64,000 nucleotides of DNA, from the IMG/VR virus record IMGVR_UViG_3300048581_000044, positions 25,138 to 89,137 of that record. The stretch is one strand, 5' to 3'. The position numbers and the translations under genes are program-made. Shown one piece after another: positions 36,022 to 44,931 of the stretch (position 1 is the stretch's first letter; each line of letters starts with the position of its first letter). The notes below the pieces were generated by a model, which was given only the letters and a program-made list of their open reading frames with translations, had not been told where the DNA came from and made no database searches. This stretch comes from a virus. Lineage: Duplodnaviria; Caudoviricetes.

Positions 36022-37561
36022 TCATTTGCTCTGCAAACTTATTAGAGGGGAGTGCTTTTAGGAAGTCGCCTGATCCAGATGGCAGTCCGACTTTGTACTC
36101 CCCTCCTATACGCTGTGCGTTTCCAATGTGCATGTTGAAGAGTACGCCAGTTGTGCTTGAATCGTTATAGATAGCTGAAGGCAGCCCGCGCGTAAGCGTC
36201 AGATGCGTCATCGAAGGGCCGCCAAAGACATAATGGTTCGTAACGCCTTCGATATAAAAATCCCACAGCACTCCGTCTCGATAAGGTGCGTAGCTAAAGC
36301 GCGTTCCGATCTCAATATCAGGCCGCAGCCACGTCGAGACATCCGCTTTAGCCATAAGAGGCATGGCTTCGTAATAGCCGCAAAGCTGCCCAAGCACAGT
36401 CGCCATGACTTCTGGCAGTGTCGCATTTTTACCTGTTTGCTGCGCAATCTGCCCTGTAATATCAGCAAACCACGAGATCGTCTGCATCCATGGCCGATAA
36501 CCATAACGTGTTACTGACGCCCAATCTATTCCAGCTTCATAATTGAAAATGTATTGGCGTAGGTTTGAATTTGAATCGCCATTCTGCCCCATAAGCCATG
36601 TGGGGTTTATAGTGTAGAAATTATAGACTTCTGATTCTGAGAAAGAAATGTGTGAGCTTATAAAGCCAACACCTTCAAGATCGAAATTAGGAAGCTTCTG
36701 CCACGCTGATGTATCGATAGAATCAAATGACGGAAGGCTGCTTTTTATAGAGGTCACAAGTTGAGGCAAAGGATTTAGGCGTGCAATAACGGCCGGTGTA
36801 GCGGTGACAGACGCGCCTAAGCCAACTGTTGCGAAAGCTGTTCCACCTGATAGGGCGCTAAAAGTATTAGGCGCTGTTGTGGTGACGAAGAATTCGTAAA
36901 AGGGAAACGGAAAAATCGCACGGTATTTTGCCATCCAGGCACCGTTGATCCCTAGAAAATAGTCTGAGTACGGCACGTAGACTTTGAACTTGTCAAAGCG
37001 TGTCGCATAGAGATTCTTGAATGCTACTTTAGCCTTCTTGTACGAAATAGAAGTATCCTTAAAAACACCTTCCGTCATGATCGTATCATACCATGTCTTC
37101 CCCATCACGTCAGGTTCACCTGATAGCAAACCCGCAGCGTTTCCACCCTGTAAAAGCGCCCCCGTTGCTGTTAGGACCCATAGTGTGTAATAGTCTTCCA
37201 TCATAAAATAGTACGCAATATCAGGGCCGGTTATGGTGATTGTACGCACGACTGATTTTTCAGGCTGCCATACCTGCCCTTCTTCAACTAACGAGATAAA
37301 GCCAAGCATTGTGACTGCTGATTTATCGGCGCGTTGCATCCCGATAACAACAAGTGACATAGGGGTTAGAATTTGAGCGGCTGATAAGCCGTTACCAAAA
37401 ACAGTCGGCGCGAGAACAATTTTAAAGCTCCCAACGTCCTCTTTGAGCCTTTTGTTCGTAATGACTTCCAAGACAGCCGCACCCGAAAACGAATAAGGCC
37501 CGCCCTCAAACGGGTAAATATCCACTGTACAAAAATCAAAAGCCGTACCGTTAGGACTCAT
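35963..37561 (-). CDS. baseplate hub/tail protein (gp27/gp44-like)
   Basis: Follows the tape measure; V.T.K...GSF.I.L, ITGPD, RPDIEIG.R...FYIEGV.N.Y.FG...T.L.LTRG. Confidence 0.7.
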   Translation of the reverse strand: MSPNGTAFDFCTVDIYPFEGGPYSFSGAAVLEVITNKRLKEDVGSFKIVLAPTVFGNGLSAAQILTPMSLVVIGMQRADKSAVTMLGFISLVEEGQVWQPEKSVVRTITITGPDIAYYFMMEDYYTLWVLTATGALLQGGNAAGLLSGEPDVMGKTWYDTIMTEGVFKDTSISYKKAKVAFKNLYATRFDKFKVYVPYSDYFLGINGAWMAKYRAIFPFPFYEFFVTTTAPNTFSALSGGTAFATVGLGASVTATPAVIARLNPLPQLVTSIKSSLPSFDSIDTSAWQKLPNFDLEGVGFISSHISFSESEVYNFYTINPTWLMGQNGDSNSNLRQYIFNYEAGIDWASVTRYGYRPWMQTISWFADITGQIAQQTGKNATLPEVMATVLGQLCGYYEAMPLMAKADVSTWLRPDIEIGTRFSYAPYRDGVLWDFYIEGVTNHYVFGGPSMTHLTLTRGLPSAIYNDSSTTGVLFNMHIGNAQRIGGEYKVGLPSGSGDFLKALPSNKFAEQMITLDNLYLTAQGTQSPPTP

Positions 37562-39924
37562 GGCCGCGGTCTTTCAAGCGGACTCCAGCCAGGAGTGCTA
37601 TAACCGCGGCGGCTGCTAGTATCTGCCCAAAGGGCCGAAAAGCCTTTAGCCGCCTTGGTCATTCCATCAATAGCAGACGTTAAGCCTTTGATCGCTGTCT
37701 CAGCAGCAGGAATAAGCGTGTGAATAGCAGCATTAGCTTCCGTCAAATCACCTGTGGCCTTTTCCGCATAAGCGCGATTAGCGCCTACTGGCAAATTAAG
37801 CGGCAGAGGCTGTGTGCCCATGCCAAGGCTTTGTCTGAAAATATCAGCGCCTGTTGCCAAGTTCCCGCTTACGCTTCTTAGTGCGCCGGGATATCTACCC
37901 CAGTTTGCACTATTAATCTGCATCATGCCAAAGTCATCGCTATTGTATTTGTCGTTATGCACAAAGCCAACATTGGGATTGATCTTAGAGACTAAACCTT
38001 CTCCGTGCTTTTCGCTTTCCTTTGCTGCTATAGCAGCCAAAGAAAGAGGGTCTGTCTCGCTAAACAAACCAGCACGCGCAAATTCAGGCGCGAGATCAGG
38101 CGCCATTCCTGCTTTAAGCAGCATGTCTTTGTATTTGTCTAGCCCTATAGATTTGTCAAACTTTCCAGAACCAGGAGCTATGCCAAAGTTCTTCTTATAA
38201 ATTTCAGCAACTGATTTTCCATAGGCTACGTTTACTTCACGCCCAGGCCCTTTGCCTCCGCCATTATAACGCGCAAAAGCAGCCTCAATGCCTTTAGGCA
38301 GCCAACTATATGATCGTGTTGTATCTTGCGTAGCACCTGTAAGACCGGACAATATGCCCGGTTTCATATCACTATTGCCACCTGTTATGGAGTTTACAAA
38401 AGGATCAAGTATCTCAAAGGCGCGCTCTTTATTGGATTGCATAAAGGCAGAAGTGAGAATTCCCACTGCTATTGGGTAGCGTTCAGCTTGCGCAGCTTTT
38501 ACAGCTTGTGCGATTACAATGTCGCGCATCTCAGGAGAAGCCGCGTTATAATTCTCTTCACCAATAAAGGCTTTTACATCTTTGGCCGACTTTAAATTAC
38601 CAAAGCGACCAATTTGTGAGAGCAACGCTGTAAGAAGTGATGGATGTGCTGTGACATTAGAAAGCGTCTCTGTCATGCCTTGCTGTGTAGCAAGCGTTGA
38701 AGCGCCGGTTAGCCCTCCAGGCGTTCCAGTCATAGCATTTTGGCGTAGCATGGCGGCAATTGCAGCAGGGGAAGCCCCTAAGCTGTCAGACTTGGCGATT
38801 GTTTCAAGCGAGCCTTGCATGGACTCAAGTACTTTAGAACTGTCGAGTCCTTTAACATTTGCTTCTTCAACAACGTGCATGAAGGGCTTGAGGTATGATT
38901 CAGCCCCTCCAGCTGTTGGCGTTGTTAAGCCGTAGCCCGCGCCTTTACCGACGAGAGACTCAACAGTCCCAGGCGCCATGTTTGTAAAGGCGGGGGATAG
39001 GGAGCTACGGCGCAGTGTTTCGGCTAGCTGATTCAGCTCAGCCGGATTGCCTTGCGGTGCAACACCAAGCGAAGAAAGGCTTTTGATAGCTTCAGGCGCA
39101 GAGGAGCCTAATTCCTCCATCCAAGGCTGTGAACGATATGCGCCTGGATAAAGCTTACGTTCAATTCCTGCGCCGGAGTTTCCGCTATAACGCCCAAGCG
39201 AATAAGCTGAAGTCTGATAATCAAAGTAAGGCTTCGCCGCGCCGTAAGCTGCCGACATTGGGTTGACCAACGTCTTAACGATCTCACCAACGATTTCGGC
39301 AATCAGCCCGGCTGCTCCTGCACCAGCCCCGGCCATTTTAGCAATGCCGTAACCAGCAAGGCCGCCGATGCCCCCTGCCATGCCTCTGACGCCGCCCCCA
39401 CCAAGCGCGCTGACAGCCAGCCCGCCGATAGAGAGATCACGCCACATGCGGTTTCGTGCGCGCACATGTTCAAGCTCAGTGCGCTTTTCACGCTGTTCCA
39501 TGCGTGCGGTGCGCCGCGTGTTGTCTCTTTCAACACGCGCTTCTTGCTGCGCTTGTTCACGTTCGGAACGTTTTAGATCAGACGCTTCCTTGGCGTCTTT
39601 TCGTGCTTGTGTTGCTTCGTCCCGGAGCTTTTTTCGGCTGACGGCTGCTTCTGCACGAAGCTGTTCAGTGTTTGCTTTTTCTATTGCGCGAAGCTTTTTG
39701 TCTTCTGCTTGCTTCTCTACCTTTGCATTGTAAGTGTTGATGGTCTGCCGAAGGTTGTATTCATCTTTCGAAGCCTGTTCAGCCGTAATTTGTATGCGTT
39801 TGGTGAAACCACTACTGGCCCCTCCGCTGTTAGAAGCCGGTTCACCGCCCATGTTTCCACCCCCACGCGCGCCTCCTCCACCACTGTCCGCGCCACTCCC
39901 CCCGTGTATGTTAATCGTGGGCAT
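37558..39924 (-). CDS. tape measure protein with lytic-transglycosylase domain
   Basis: Coiled-coil and Gly/Ala-rich body; AAIAAKES...DFGMMQINS..W...NL..GA SLT motifs. Confidence 0.85.
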   Translation of the reverse strand: MPTINIHGGSGADSGGGGARGGGNMGGEPASNSGGASSGFTKRIQITAEQASKDEYNLRQTINTYNAKVEKQAEDKKLRAIEKANTEQLRAEAAVSRKKLRDEATQARKDAKEASDLKRSEREQAQQEARVERDNTRRTARMEQREKRTELEHVRARNRMWRDLSIGGLAVSALGGGGVRGMAGGIGGLAGYGIAKMAGAGAGAAGLIAEIVGEIVKTLVNPMSAAYGAAKPYFDYQTSAYSLGRYSGNSGAGIERKLYPGAYRSQPWMEELGSSAPEAIKSLSSLGVAPQGNPAELNQLAETLRRSSLSPAFTNMAPGTVESLVGKGAGYGLTTPTAGGAESYLKPFMHVVEEANVKGLDSSKVLESMQGSLETIAKSDSLGASPAAIAAMLRQNAMTGTPGGLTGASTLATQQGMTETLSNVTAHPSLLTALLSQIGRFGNLKSAKDVKAFIGEENYNAASPEMRDIVIAQAVKAAQAERYPIAVGILTSAFMQSNKERAFEILDPFVNSITGGNSDMKPGILSGLTGATQDTTRSYSWLPKGIEAAFARYNGGGKGPGREVNVAYGKSVAEIYKKNFGIAPGSGKFDKSIGLDKYKDMLLKAGMAPDLAPEFARAGLFSETDPLSLAAIAAKESEKHGEGLVSKINPNVGFVHNDKYNSDDFGMMQINSANWGRYPGALRSVSGNLATGADIFRQSLGMGTQPLPLNLPVGANRAYAEKATGDLTEANAAIHTLIPAAETAIKGLTSAIDGMTKAAKGFSALWADTSSRRGYSTPGWSPLERPRP

Positions 39925-40290
39925 CTAAGACTGCTTCGCCGCTGCGGCCAGCTTCGCGCCAGCCTGTGTCATCTGTGCTGCCTTTTGTAACACAGCAGCG
40001 CTCGGCATGAACATCCCCCAAAAGTCCTGCTTGGCTTTTCCCAGCAGCCTGCACTCCCACTCCGCCATGCTTTCTGTCGCAGTCAGCGGAGTTGGTTTAT
40101 CGGCGCGCACAAACGTGACTTCCTCTGGATTGTCCTTCGCGTACATTTCCAGAATGAAATCAAGCTGTGCTTCCGAGTGCTGCAAAAGCTCGTCAGCAAA
40201 AGGCGAGATGTTGTTAAGAACTCGGCTGACTTTCCACAACTTTGTCAGTAAGGGGGTTGTTACCGGGAGCCCCTCCCGAACGAAAGGAAG
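39925..40290 (-). CDS. tail assembly chaperone extension (GT-like), probably reached by frameshift
   Basis: Frame open from 40290 to the stop at 39925; overlaps the chaperone 3' end; no good RBS/ATG of its own. Confidence 0.6.
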   Translation of the reverse strand, partial: LPFVREGLPVTTPLLTKLWKVSRVLNNISPFADELLQHSEAQLDFILEMYAKDNPEEVTFVRADKPTPLTATESMAEWECRLLGKAKQDFWGMFMPSAAVLQKAAQMTQAGAKLAAAAKQS

Positions 40291-40633
40291 TCAGCTTTTC
40301 CTGATACGCTTGATACACCTGGACGACATCGGCGGCATTTTCGGGAGGGAATTTTGAGGAATCAACCTTCACCGCGCCAATATCATCGGGCGAGAAGGGC
40401 CATTTTGCCGAGCTTTTCTGCAAAAGAAGCTCAAACGCCGCACAAGCGCGGAGGCTGTATTGCGTGCCGCCGTCGAGTCCCATAGAGAAGCCATCCCAGT
40501 CAGGATCGATAACCGCCCGCAGCTTGGACATACGCGAGCCAATAGCGATCTCGTTATGAATGCTAGGAATTTTGAACTCGAAATTATCGTCCTTGTACGG
40601 AACAATCAGAGTCGTCTGCAATTTCTCAGCCAT
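40214..40633 (-). CDS. tail assembly chaperone
   Basis: Lies between the tube and tape measure genes; AAGGTG RBS. Confidence 0.75.
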   Translation of the reverse strand: MAEKLQTTLIVPYKDDNFEFKIPSIHNEIAIGSRMSKLRAVIDPDWDGFSMGLDGGTQYSLRACAAFELLLQKSSAKWPFSPDDIGAVKVDSSKFPPENAADVVQVYQAYQEKLTSFRSGGAPGNNPLTDKVVESQPSS

Positions 40634-40679
40634 TAGCTCACCTTTTTAGATTATGGGACCGTAGGGAGCGCGAACTGTA

Positions 40680-41207
40680 TCAGAGCGAAAGGCTGATCCC
40701 AAGGCCCCCCTGCACAGAAACGCCTACCGAGCCCGGCATTGAGAAAGCATTCGGGCCGTTGAGGATCGATTGGCCAGTTTGGTCGAGCACGTCCATAGCA
40801 TCGAAGCTGATGGCATCGGTGATTGGGCGGTTGGCAGCGATGGATTCGCTGAAGTCGCGGGCTGTACAGCCGACGTAGGTATAAAGGACGACGTTCTTAA
40901 TCCCATCAACGATTGAGATATTGAACTGGTTGTTTGCGATGATGCTGGCGAAGACAACGCTGTTTTGGATAATCGCCGCGCCTGCATCGGTGAGCGAGAA
41001 GTTGTCGATAGTGATTTCAGGGGAATCGCGAAGCTGTTGGATTTCCTGCGGCTTGGCGCTACCAACGCCATAAAGGACTTCCGTTCCCAAGCCAAAGCGA
41101 TGGTTTACTGTCTGTGCGAACGCAAGCGGCTGATCACCAATTAGAATAACCGCTGAATTGGCGTTCCGAGCTTGGTAATTGAGCTGCTGAGGACTGAATC
41201 CAGGCAT
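40680..41207 (-). CDS. tail tube protein
   Basis: Directly after the sheath; FGLGTEVLYGVGS..PQEI motif. Confidence 0.8.
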   Translation of the reverse strand: MPGFSPQQLNYQARNANSAVILIGDQPLAFAQTVNHRFGLGTEVLYGVGSAKPQEIQQLRDSPEITIDNFSLTDAGAAIIQNSVVFASIIANNQFNISIVDGIKNVVLYTYVGCTARDFSESIAANRPITDAISFDAMDVLDQTGQSILNGPNAFSMPGSVGVSVQGGLGISLSL

Positions 41208-41221
41208 GTTTCATCAGCTCC

Positions 41222-42991
41222 TTATTGGCCGTTCAGGCTGAGGGTAAACGAGGTTGGCAAGATGTTCGTCTGCGTGGTGATGAAGCGGTTCTGGCCGATA
41301 AACTGCACATCAACACGGAGCGCAGCAACCTGCTGCTGCCCATTGTAGACAAGCGTCAAGGACGAAGGAGACCACGCCAGGAGAACGCCATTAGCATTTC
41401 CCGAGTTATACATAAGCGCGTTCAGCATCGCCTTTGCGGCGTTGAGAATCTTAACTTCACGAAGCGGATCGGCTTGTGTGCCAGTGTAAGGCTGCGTTGC
41501 GTTCACCAGCGAATAAGCCAGATACTGGCGACAGGCGACTTGCTGATTAAACACGTTCTCAGGATTGGCATCGTTCTGCCAAGTTGTGAGATCAGACACA
41601 ATTGTCGGGACGCTGGTTTGAAGCGGAACCCAAATCGGCATGACGCCCGCTTGCTGGAGCTGATTGATCTGAGAGGGCGTCAAAGCGATCTCAATACCTG
41701 TTCCAGTGATAGCTTTGTTTGTTAAAGGCGTGGTGACGGCATTGCCTGTGGCCATGCCAGCCGCAGCGGCAGCGGCATGGTGCCCGTCGAACAACGTGTT
41801 AACACCTGTGGTCGTATCGACGGCGTAGATGCCTGGATAGACATAGGTGCTTTGATAAGCGTTGGCATTTTGAGCCGCCTGTACAGCATTCGCGACCGAA
41901 TCGCCCAAGCTGGAACCAGAGAAGAACCGGCGCCATTGTCCGTTAACTGTCTCGCTCGCCGTGATGACGTGCTGGGTTCCAAGCGCATTGACGCCTGAAG
42001 CATTGGAATCCGCAAAGACCGCCCAGCCAGGGATAGCGAGGGCAACGTTAAAGCCAGAAGCGTAGTTGCTTAGGGTTGGCGGAACGCTCGTAGCGCCAGA
42101 GAAAGGAGTCAGGGGGAGTAACGAAGGCTGCACAGCAGGCGAGGACGTAACGCCGCTAGCGATAGCCGCTGTAGCCAGTCCAAGCGCGTTGTTATTAACC
42201 CAATAGACGATATCGCCCAAGGTTGCCGTGACGCCGACTGCTGCGGCTCCAGAAGCCAGCGCGCCAGAAGCAATCGCGTCCAAGTTTGTTGCTGGCAGAT
42301 TGCCGTTGCTGATGACTGTAGCGTTGTAGAAGCCCGTCCCGTTCAGATACCCGGTCAGCGAAGCAATGGTGCTGTAATTGCCCGGCCCGAGCGGGATCGT
42401 GAGCGATTCGCCCGCGTGAGGGCTTGTGGTCGTAAAGGTCGTAGCCACCCCACCCGAGACAATGACGCTGTAGCTGACGCCCGAAGAAGTGCCGGTATAG
42501 GCAAGCTGGAAAGGCACACCTAGATTGTCGCCAGCGGCAGTCTTGTTGCCGTAGCCGTCATAGAGGGTCATCTGGCGACCGGCCAAGGAGCCTGCTTGAA
42601 TCTCAGCCTGAAGCAGATTGGACGGCAGGCCATAATTGGTCGATTGAAGGCTGACAACGCCTGACGTGCCGGAGAGCAGTGTTAAGGAAGACTGTGTGTT
42701 CGCCCCTACGTTGATAAAGGTAACCTGCTGTGCGCCATTAAGTACAGGCGAGGGGTTGGTTAGGAAGGGGACAAAGCCCGACACAGGACCGCCACGGATC
42801 GCCGTGAGAAGGTCTTGGGGCGTGAGATAGGTGGCCGGGACAAAGGGCTTCTGGCCGTAGCCATAACCGATGAGAATCAGAGGAGGCGTGGTGACAGGAG
42901 CAGGCGACAAAGCCGCTGCGACGTTATCGGCATAATAAGCGCCGGGAATTACGAGAGTCTGCCCGTTGAAGCTAACGTTCATATTTGGCAC
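41222..42991 (-). CDS. tail sheath protein
   Basis: 589 aa; N-terminal PGAYY, LTNK...G, LQQAGV, TIVSDLTT C-terminal sheath motifs. Confidence 0.88.
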   Translation of the reverse strand: MPNMNVSFNGQTLVIPGAYYADNVAAALSPAPVTTPPLILIGYGYGQKPFVPATYLTPQDLLTAIRGGPVSGFVPFLTNPSPVLNGAQQVTFINVGANTQSSLTLLSGTSGVVSLQSTNYGLPSNLLQAEIQAGSLAGRQMTLYDGYGNKTAAGDNLGVPFQLAYTGTSSGVSYSVIVSGGVATTFTTTSPHAGESLTIPLGPGNYSTIASLTGYLNGTGFYNATVISNGNLPATNLDAIASGALASGAAAVGVTATLGDIVYWVNNNALGLATAAIASGVTSSPAVQPSLLPLTPFSGATSVPPTLSNYASGFNVALAIPGWAVFADSNASGVNALGTQHVITASETVNGQWRRFFSGSSLGDSVANAVQAAQNANAYQSTYVYPGIYAVDTTTGVNTLFDGHHAAAAAAGMATGNAVTTPLTNKAITGTGIEIALTPSQINQLQQAGVMPIWVPLQTSVPTIVSDLTTWQNDANPENVFNQQVACRQYLAYSLVNATQPYTGTQADPLREVKILNAAKAMLNALMYNSGNANGVLLAWSPSSLTLVYNGQQQVAALRVDVQFIGQNRFITTQTNILPTSFTLSLNGQ

Positions 42992-42994
42992 GGG

Positions 42995-43183
42995 TTAGAC
43001 CTCCTGATTGCGCAGCGCGGCCAAGACAGCCTGCCATTCTTCCAACGTGTGCTTTTCTGAGCCGTGTTCGAGCTTTAGAAGCCGCCCCCAGATTTCATCC
43101 GCCGTGCCTTTTAGGGAAGGCAAGAATCGCGCCAACGGGACCGGAAAGGCTTGTTCGGTTGGGGGATTAGGGGTGTCGGACAT
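42995..43183 (-). CDS. small protein preceding the sheath gene
   Basis: 62 aa; its 3' end supplies the GGAGG RBS of the sheath gene. Confidence 0.6.
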   Translation of the reverse strand: MSDTPNPPTEQAFPVPLARFLPSLKGTADEIWGRLLKLEHGSEKHTLEEWQAVLAALRNQEV

Positions 43184-43220
43184 GGCGAATCAACCGCTGG
43201 AAGAGGGCTCCTAGCGGGAG

Positions 43221-43258
43221 ATTATAGAGGGAGGAGAGGGGAAGGGCCAATAGCGGGT
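43221..43258 (-). promoter_or_regulatory. candidate late promoter ACCCGCTA-TTGGCC-N18-TATAAT
   Basis: 20-bp exact repeat (43239-43258 = 54377-54396) followed by TATAAT. Confidence 0.7.
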
Positions 43259-43280
43259 AGGGGGCTAAGGGCTGGAGGGG

Positions 43281-43362
43281 AAACAAAAACCCCGGAAGCA
43301 ATCAGGGGGGCTGGGAGCTTCCGGGGTCTTGGGGGGTTCTGTACGCACAAGGGTACGGGAAC
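43281..43362 (-). ncRNA. candidate small RNA with C-rich (anti-SD) loop
   Basis: Strong upstream promoter, no ORF, 11-bp terminator stem ACCCCGGAAGC/GCTTCCGGGGT + TTTTG; contains GUUCCC and CUCCCA. Confidence 0.55.
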
Positions 43363-43368
43363 AGCAGA

Positions 43369-43397
43369 AAGCTAAAACGGAAAAAGCGCTTTGTCAA
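43369..43397 (-). promoter_or_regulatory. sigma70-like promoter of the candidate sRNA
   Basis: TTGACA (43397-43392)-N17-TAGCTT (43374-43369). Confidence 0.65.
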
Positions 43398-43424
43398 GCC
43401 CCCTTCCTCCCTTCAGCGCGGCAG

Positions 43425-43460
43425 TTGACAGCCCATAGCTAATGCAATACATGTTGCATT
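43425..43460 (+). promoter_or_regulatory. sigma70-like promoter with overlapping palindromic operator
   Basis: TTGACA-N17-TACATG; AATGCAA-tacatg-TTGCATT inverted repeat at 43441-43460. Confidence 0.6.
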
Positions 43461-43482
43461 GACGAAAAGAGGAAGCCGCTCA

Positions 43483-43671
43483 ATGTTCACCACCGTCTCC
43501 AGAATCGACATTTTTCAGCAAGTGGAAACTGAAAGAGTTGTTTATCCGTTCAGGTTGATCGAAACTTTTCTATGTGCTGATGGTCCGCGAACAAGAGTTT
43601 GTGATGGACAGTGGAGAACTTTGCAAGACGCGGTAGCCGCAAAACAGGCTTATGAAGCTTTGAGAAAATGA
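43483..43671 (+). CDS. small hypothetical protein
   Basis: GAGG RBS before ATG 43483; ATGA overlap with the HTH gene. Confidence 0.55.
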   Translation: MFTTVSRIDIFQQVETERVVYPFRLIETFLCADGPRTRVCDGQWRTLQDAVAAKQAYEALRK

Positions 43672-43850
43672 CAGCCTGTGAGCTTCAGCGTATTGGACGA
43701 AAGGTGTTCGGCCACGACTGGCAGGCATCACTTGGGCGCTGTATCGGCGTCCACCGCATAACTGCCTGGCGTTGGGCTACAAAGAAAACGCCTATTCCAG
43801 AAGATAAAGCTGCTGCTATTCGCCAGCTTGTGATTCAACCGATAAAGTAA
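43668..43850 (+). CDS. small Cro-like HTH protein
   Basis: WQASLGRCIGVHRITAWRW...PIP HTH pattern. Confidence 0.7.
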   Translation: MTACELQRIGRKVFGHDWQASLGRCIGVHRITAWRWATKKTPIPEDKAAAIRQLVIQPIK

Positions 43851-43861
43851 GGAATTTTCCT

Positions 43862-44056
43862 ATGTCACGTTCGCGCAGCATAATCGTTAACGTTGAAGCT
43901 TTTCCGTCTGAAGCGTCAGACGAAGATATTGCGGCCTTCGTAGCAGAAGCTTTAGAGGTCTGGGGAGGGTAACGGCATCCTAACGACCCACTATTCGGAA
44001 GTTTGGAAGTCAACAGCGTGAAAATAGGCAGCACTGTCTACAAAAACGCTAAATAG
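43862..44056 (+). pseudogene. small phage protein gene with in-frame TAA at 43970-43972
   Basis: AAGGA RBS + ATG; MSRSRSII...EVWGG*RHPNDPLFGSLEV...KNAK*; a CAA (Gln) at the stop would restore a 64-aa ORF. Confidence 0.5.
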
Positions 44057-44058
44057 CC

Positions 44059-44931
44059 TCAAGCTCCCAGCGGAACACGCGTAACCGTCTCCACGCCGTC
44101 ATCCGTTACGGCCGTAGTTGTGATCTTCGTGATAATCCCATAGGTCGGCATGAATGTAACATTCAGCGTTCCCTCAAACGACAGTACCGCGTCTGAATAG
44201 TAAAACCCCGGAGCCTTGCCCAAACGATCAGTCGCCACCTGCCCGCGTGAAACCTGCCAGGAATGCGTGACGTCCATTCCGAGTGGCTGGAGGATGTATT
44301 GGTAGGAGCTTTCGAAAATCCCAACGATGAGATCAGAATAGAAATTCCGCTCAATAGCGTTGGCTGAGAGCACTGAGACTCGGAAGGTGCGCTTTGCAAA
44401 TCCAACAAACGTGAACCCAGGGATCGAACCATCGGGCGTATCGATAGCGGGAGTGGGTGCAACAGACTGCCCAATTGGGACAGCGCCCTGCTGTGTTAGG
44501 TCGTTATTGATAACGACCAAAGGCATGTTGATGCTACCGCCCAAAGGCATAGCTTGCGTGACTTCGGCTTTTTTAATCCCAACCGGAAGCGTGAGGCTGT
44601 TTATGCCTCCTTGGATTAAACGAATAAGAAGCTCGATGATTGGTTCGGGCTGGACAGCGAGAGTTGAAGCAGGCTGGATAAAGGGAGTTGTGGTCGTGCC
44701 GGTTATGTCTGTGTAGCGATATTGATAGAACTTTGTGGGATCGAGTGGAGCAGGGAGAAAGTCCCCAGCATCGATATAGAGCGCCTGAGCAGAACCGCTA
44801 TAGAGTGGAGAAAACGCTTGTCCCGAAACCGCTCGTTCAAGCAACGCCGCCCCACTCACAGCGCCGTTGATCGTGAGAGAGATCACGCCGCCAGACGGGA
44901 TCACGTAAGCTGTGAGCTGCGGAGCGGTCAT
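44059..44931 (-). CDS. neck/tail-terminator region structural protein
   Basis: Position in the neck module; N-terminal FN3-like segment (YQYRY). Confidence 0.6.
   Translation of the reverse strand: MTAPQLTAYVIPSGGVISLTINGAVSGAALLERAVSGQAFSPLYSGSAQALYIDAGDFLPAPLDPTKFYQYRYTDITGTTTTPFIQPASTLAVQPEPIIELLIRLIQGGINSLTLPVGIKKAEVTQAMPLGGSINMPLVVINNDLTQQGAVPIGQSVAPTPAIDTPDGSIPGFTFVGFAKRTFRVSVLSANAIERNFYSDLIVGIFESSYQYILQPLGMDVTHSWQVSRGQVATDRLGKAPGFYYSDAVLSFEGTLNVTFMPTYGIITKITTTAVTDDGVETVTRVPLGA

Noticed and set aside
43216-43280. G-quadruplex-forming tract on the + strand
   Set aside because: The G-runs are real but are simply the complement of the C-rich promoter and RNA elements on the - strand; nothing independent supports a G4 function.
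7191-43972. Stop-codon reassignment of TAA suggested by two in-frame TAA cases
   Set aside because: TAA terminates many clearly complete genes here, including TAATG couplings, so the standard code applies.
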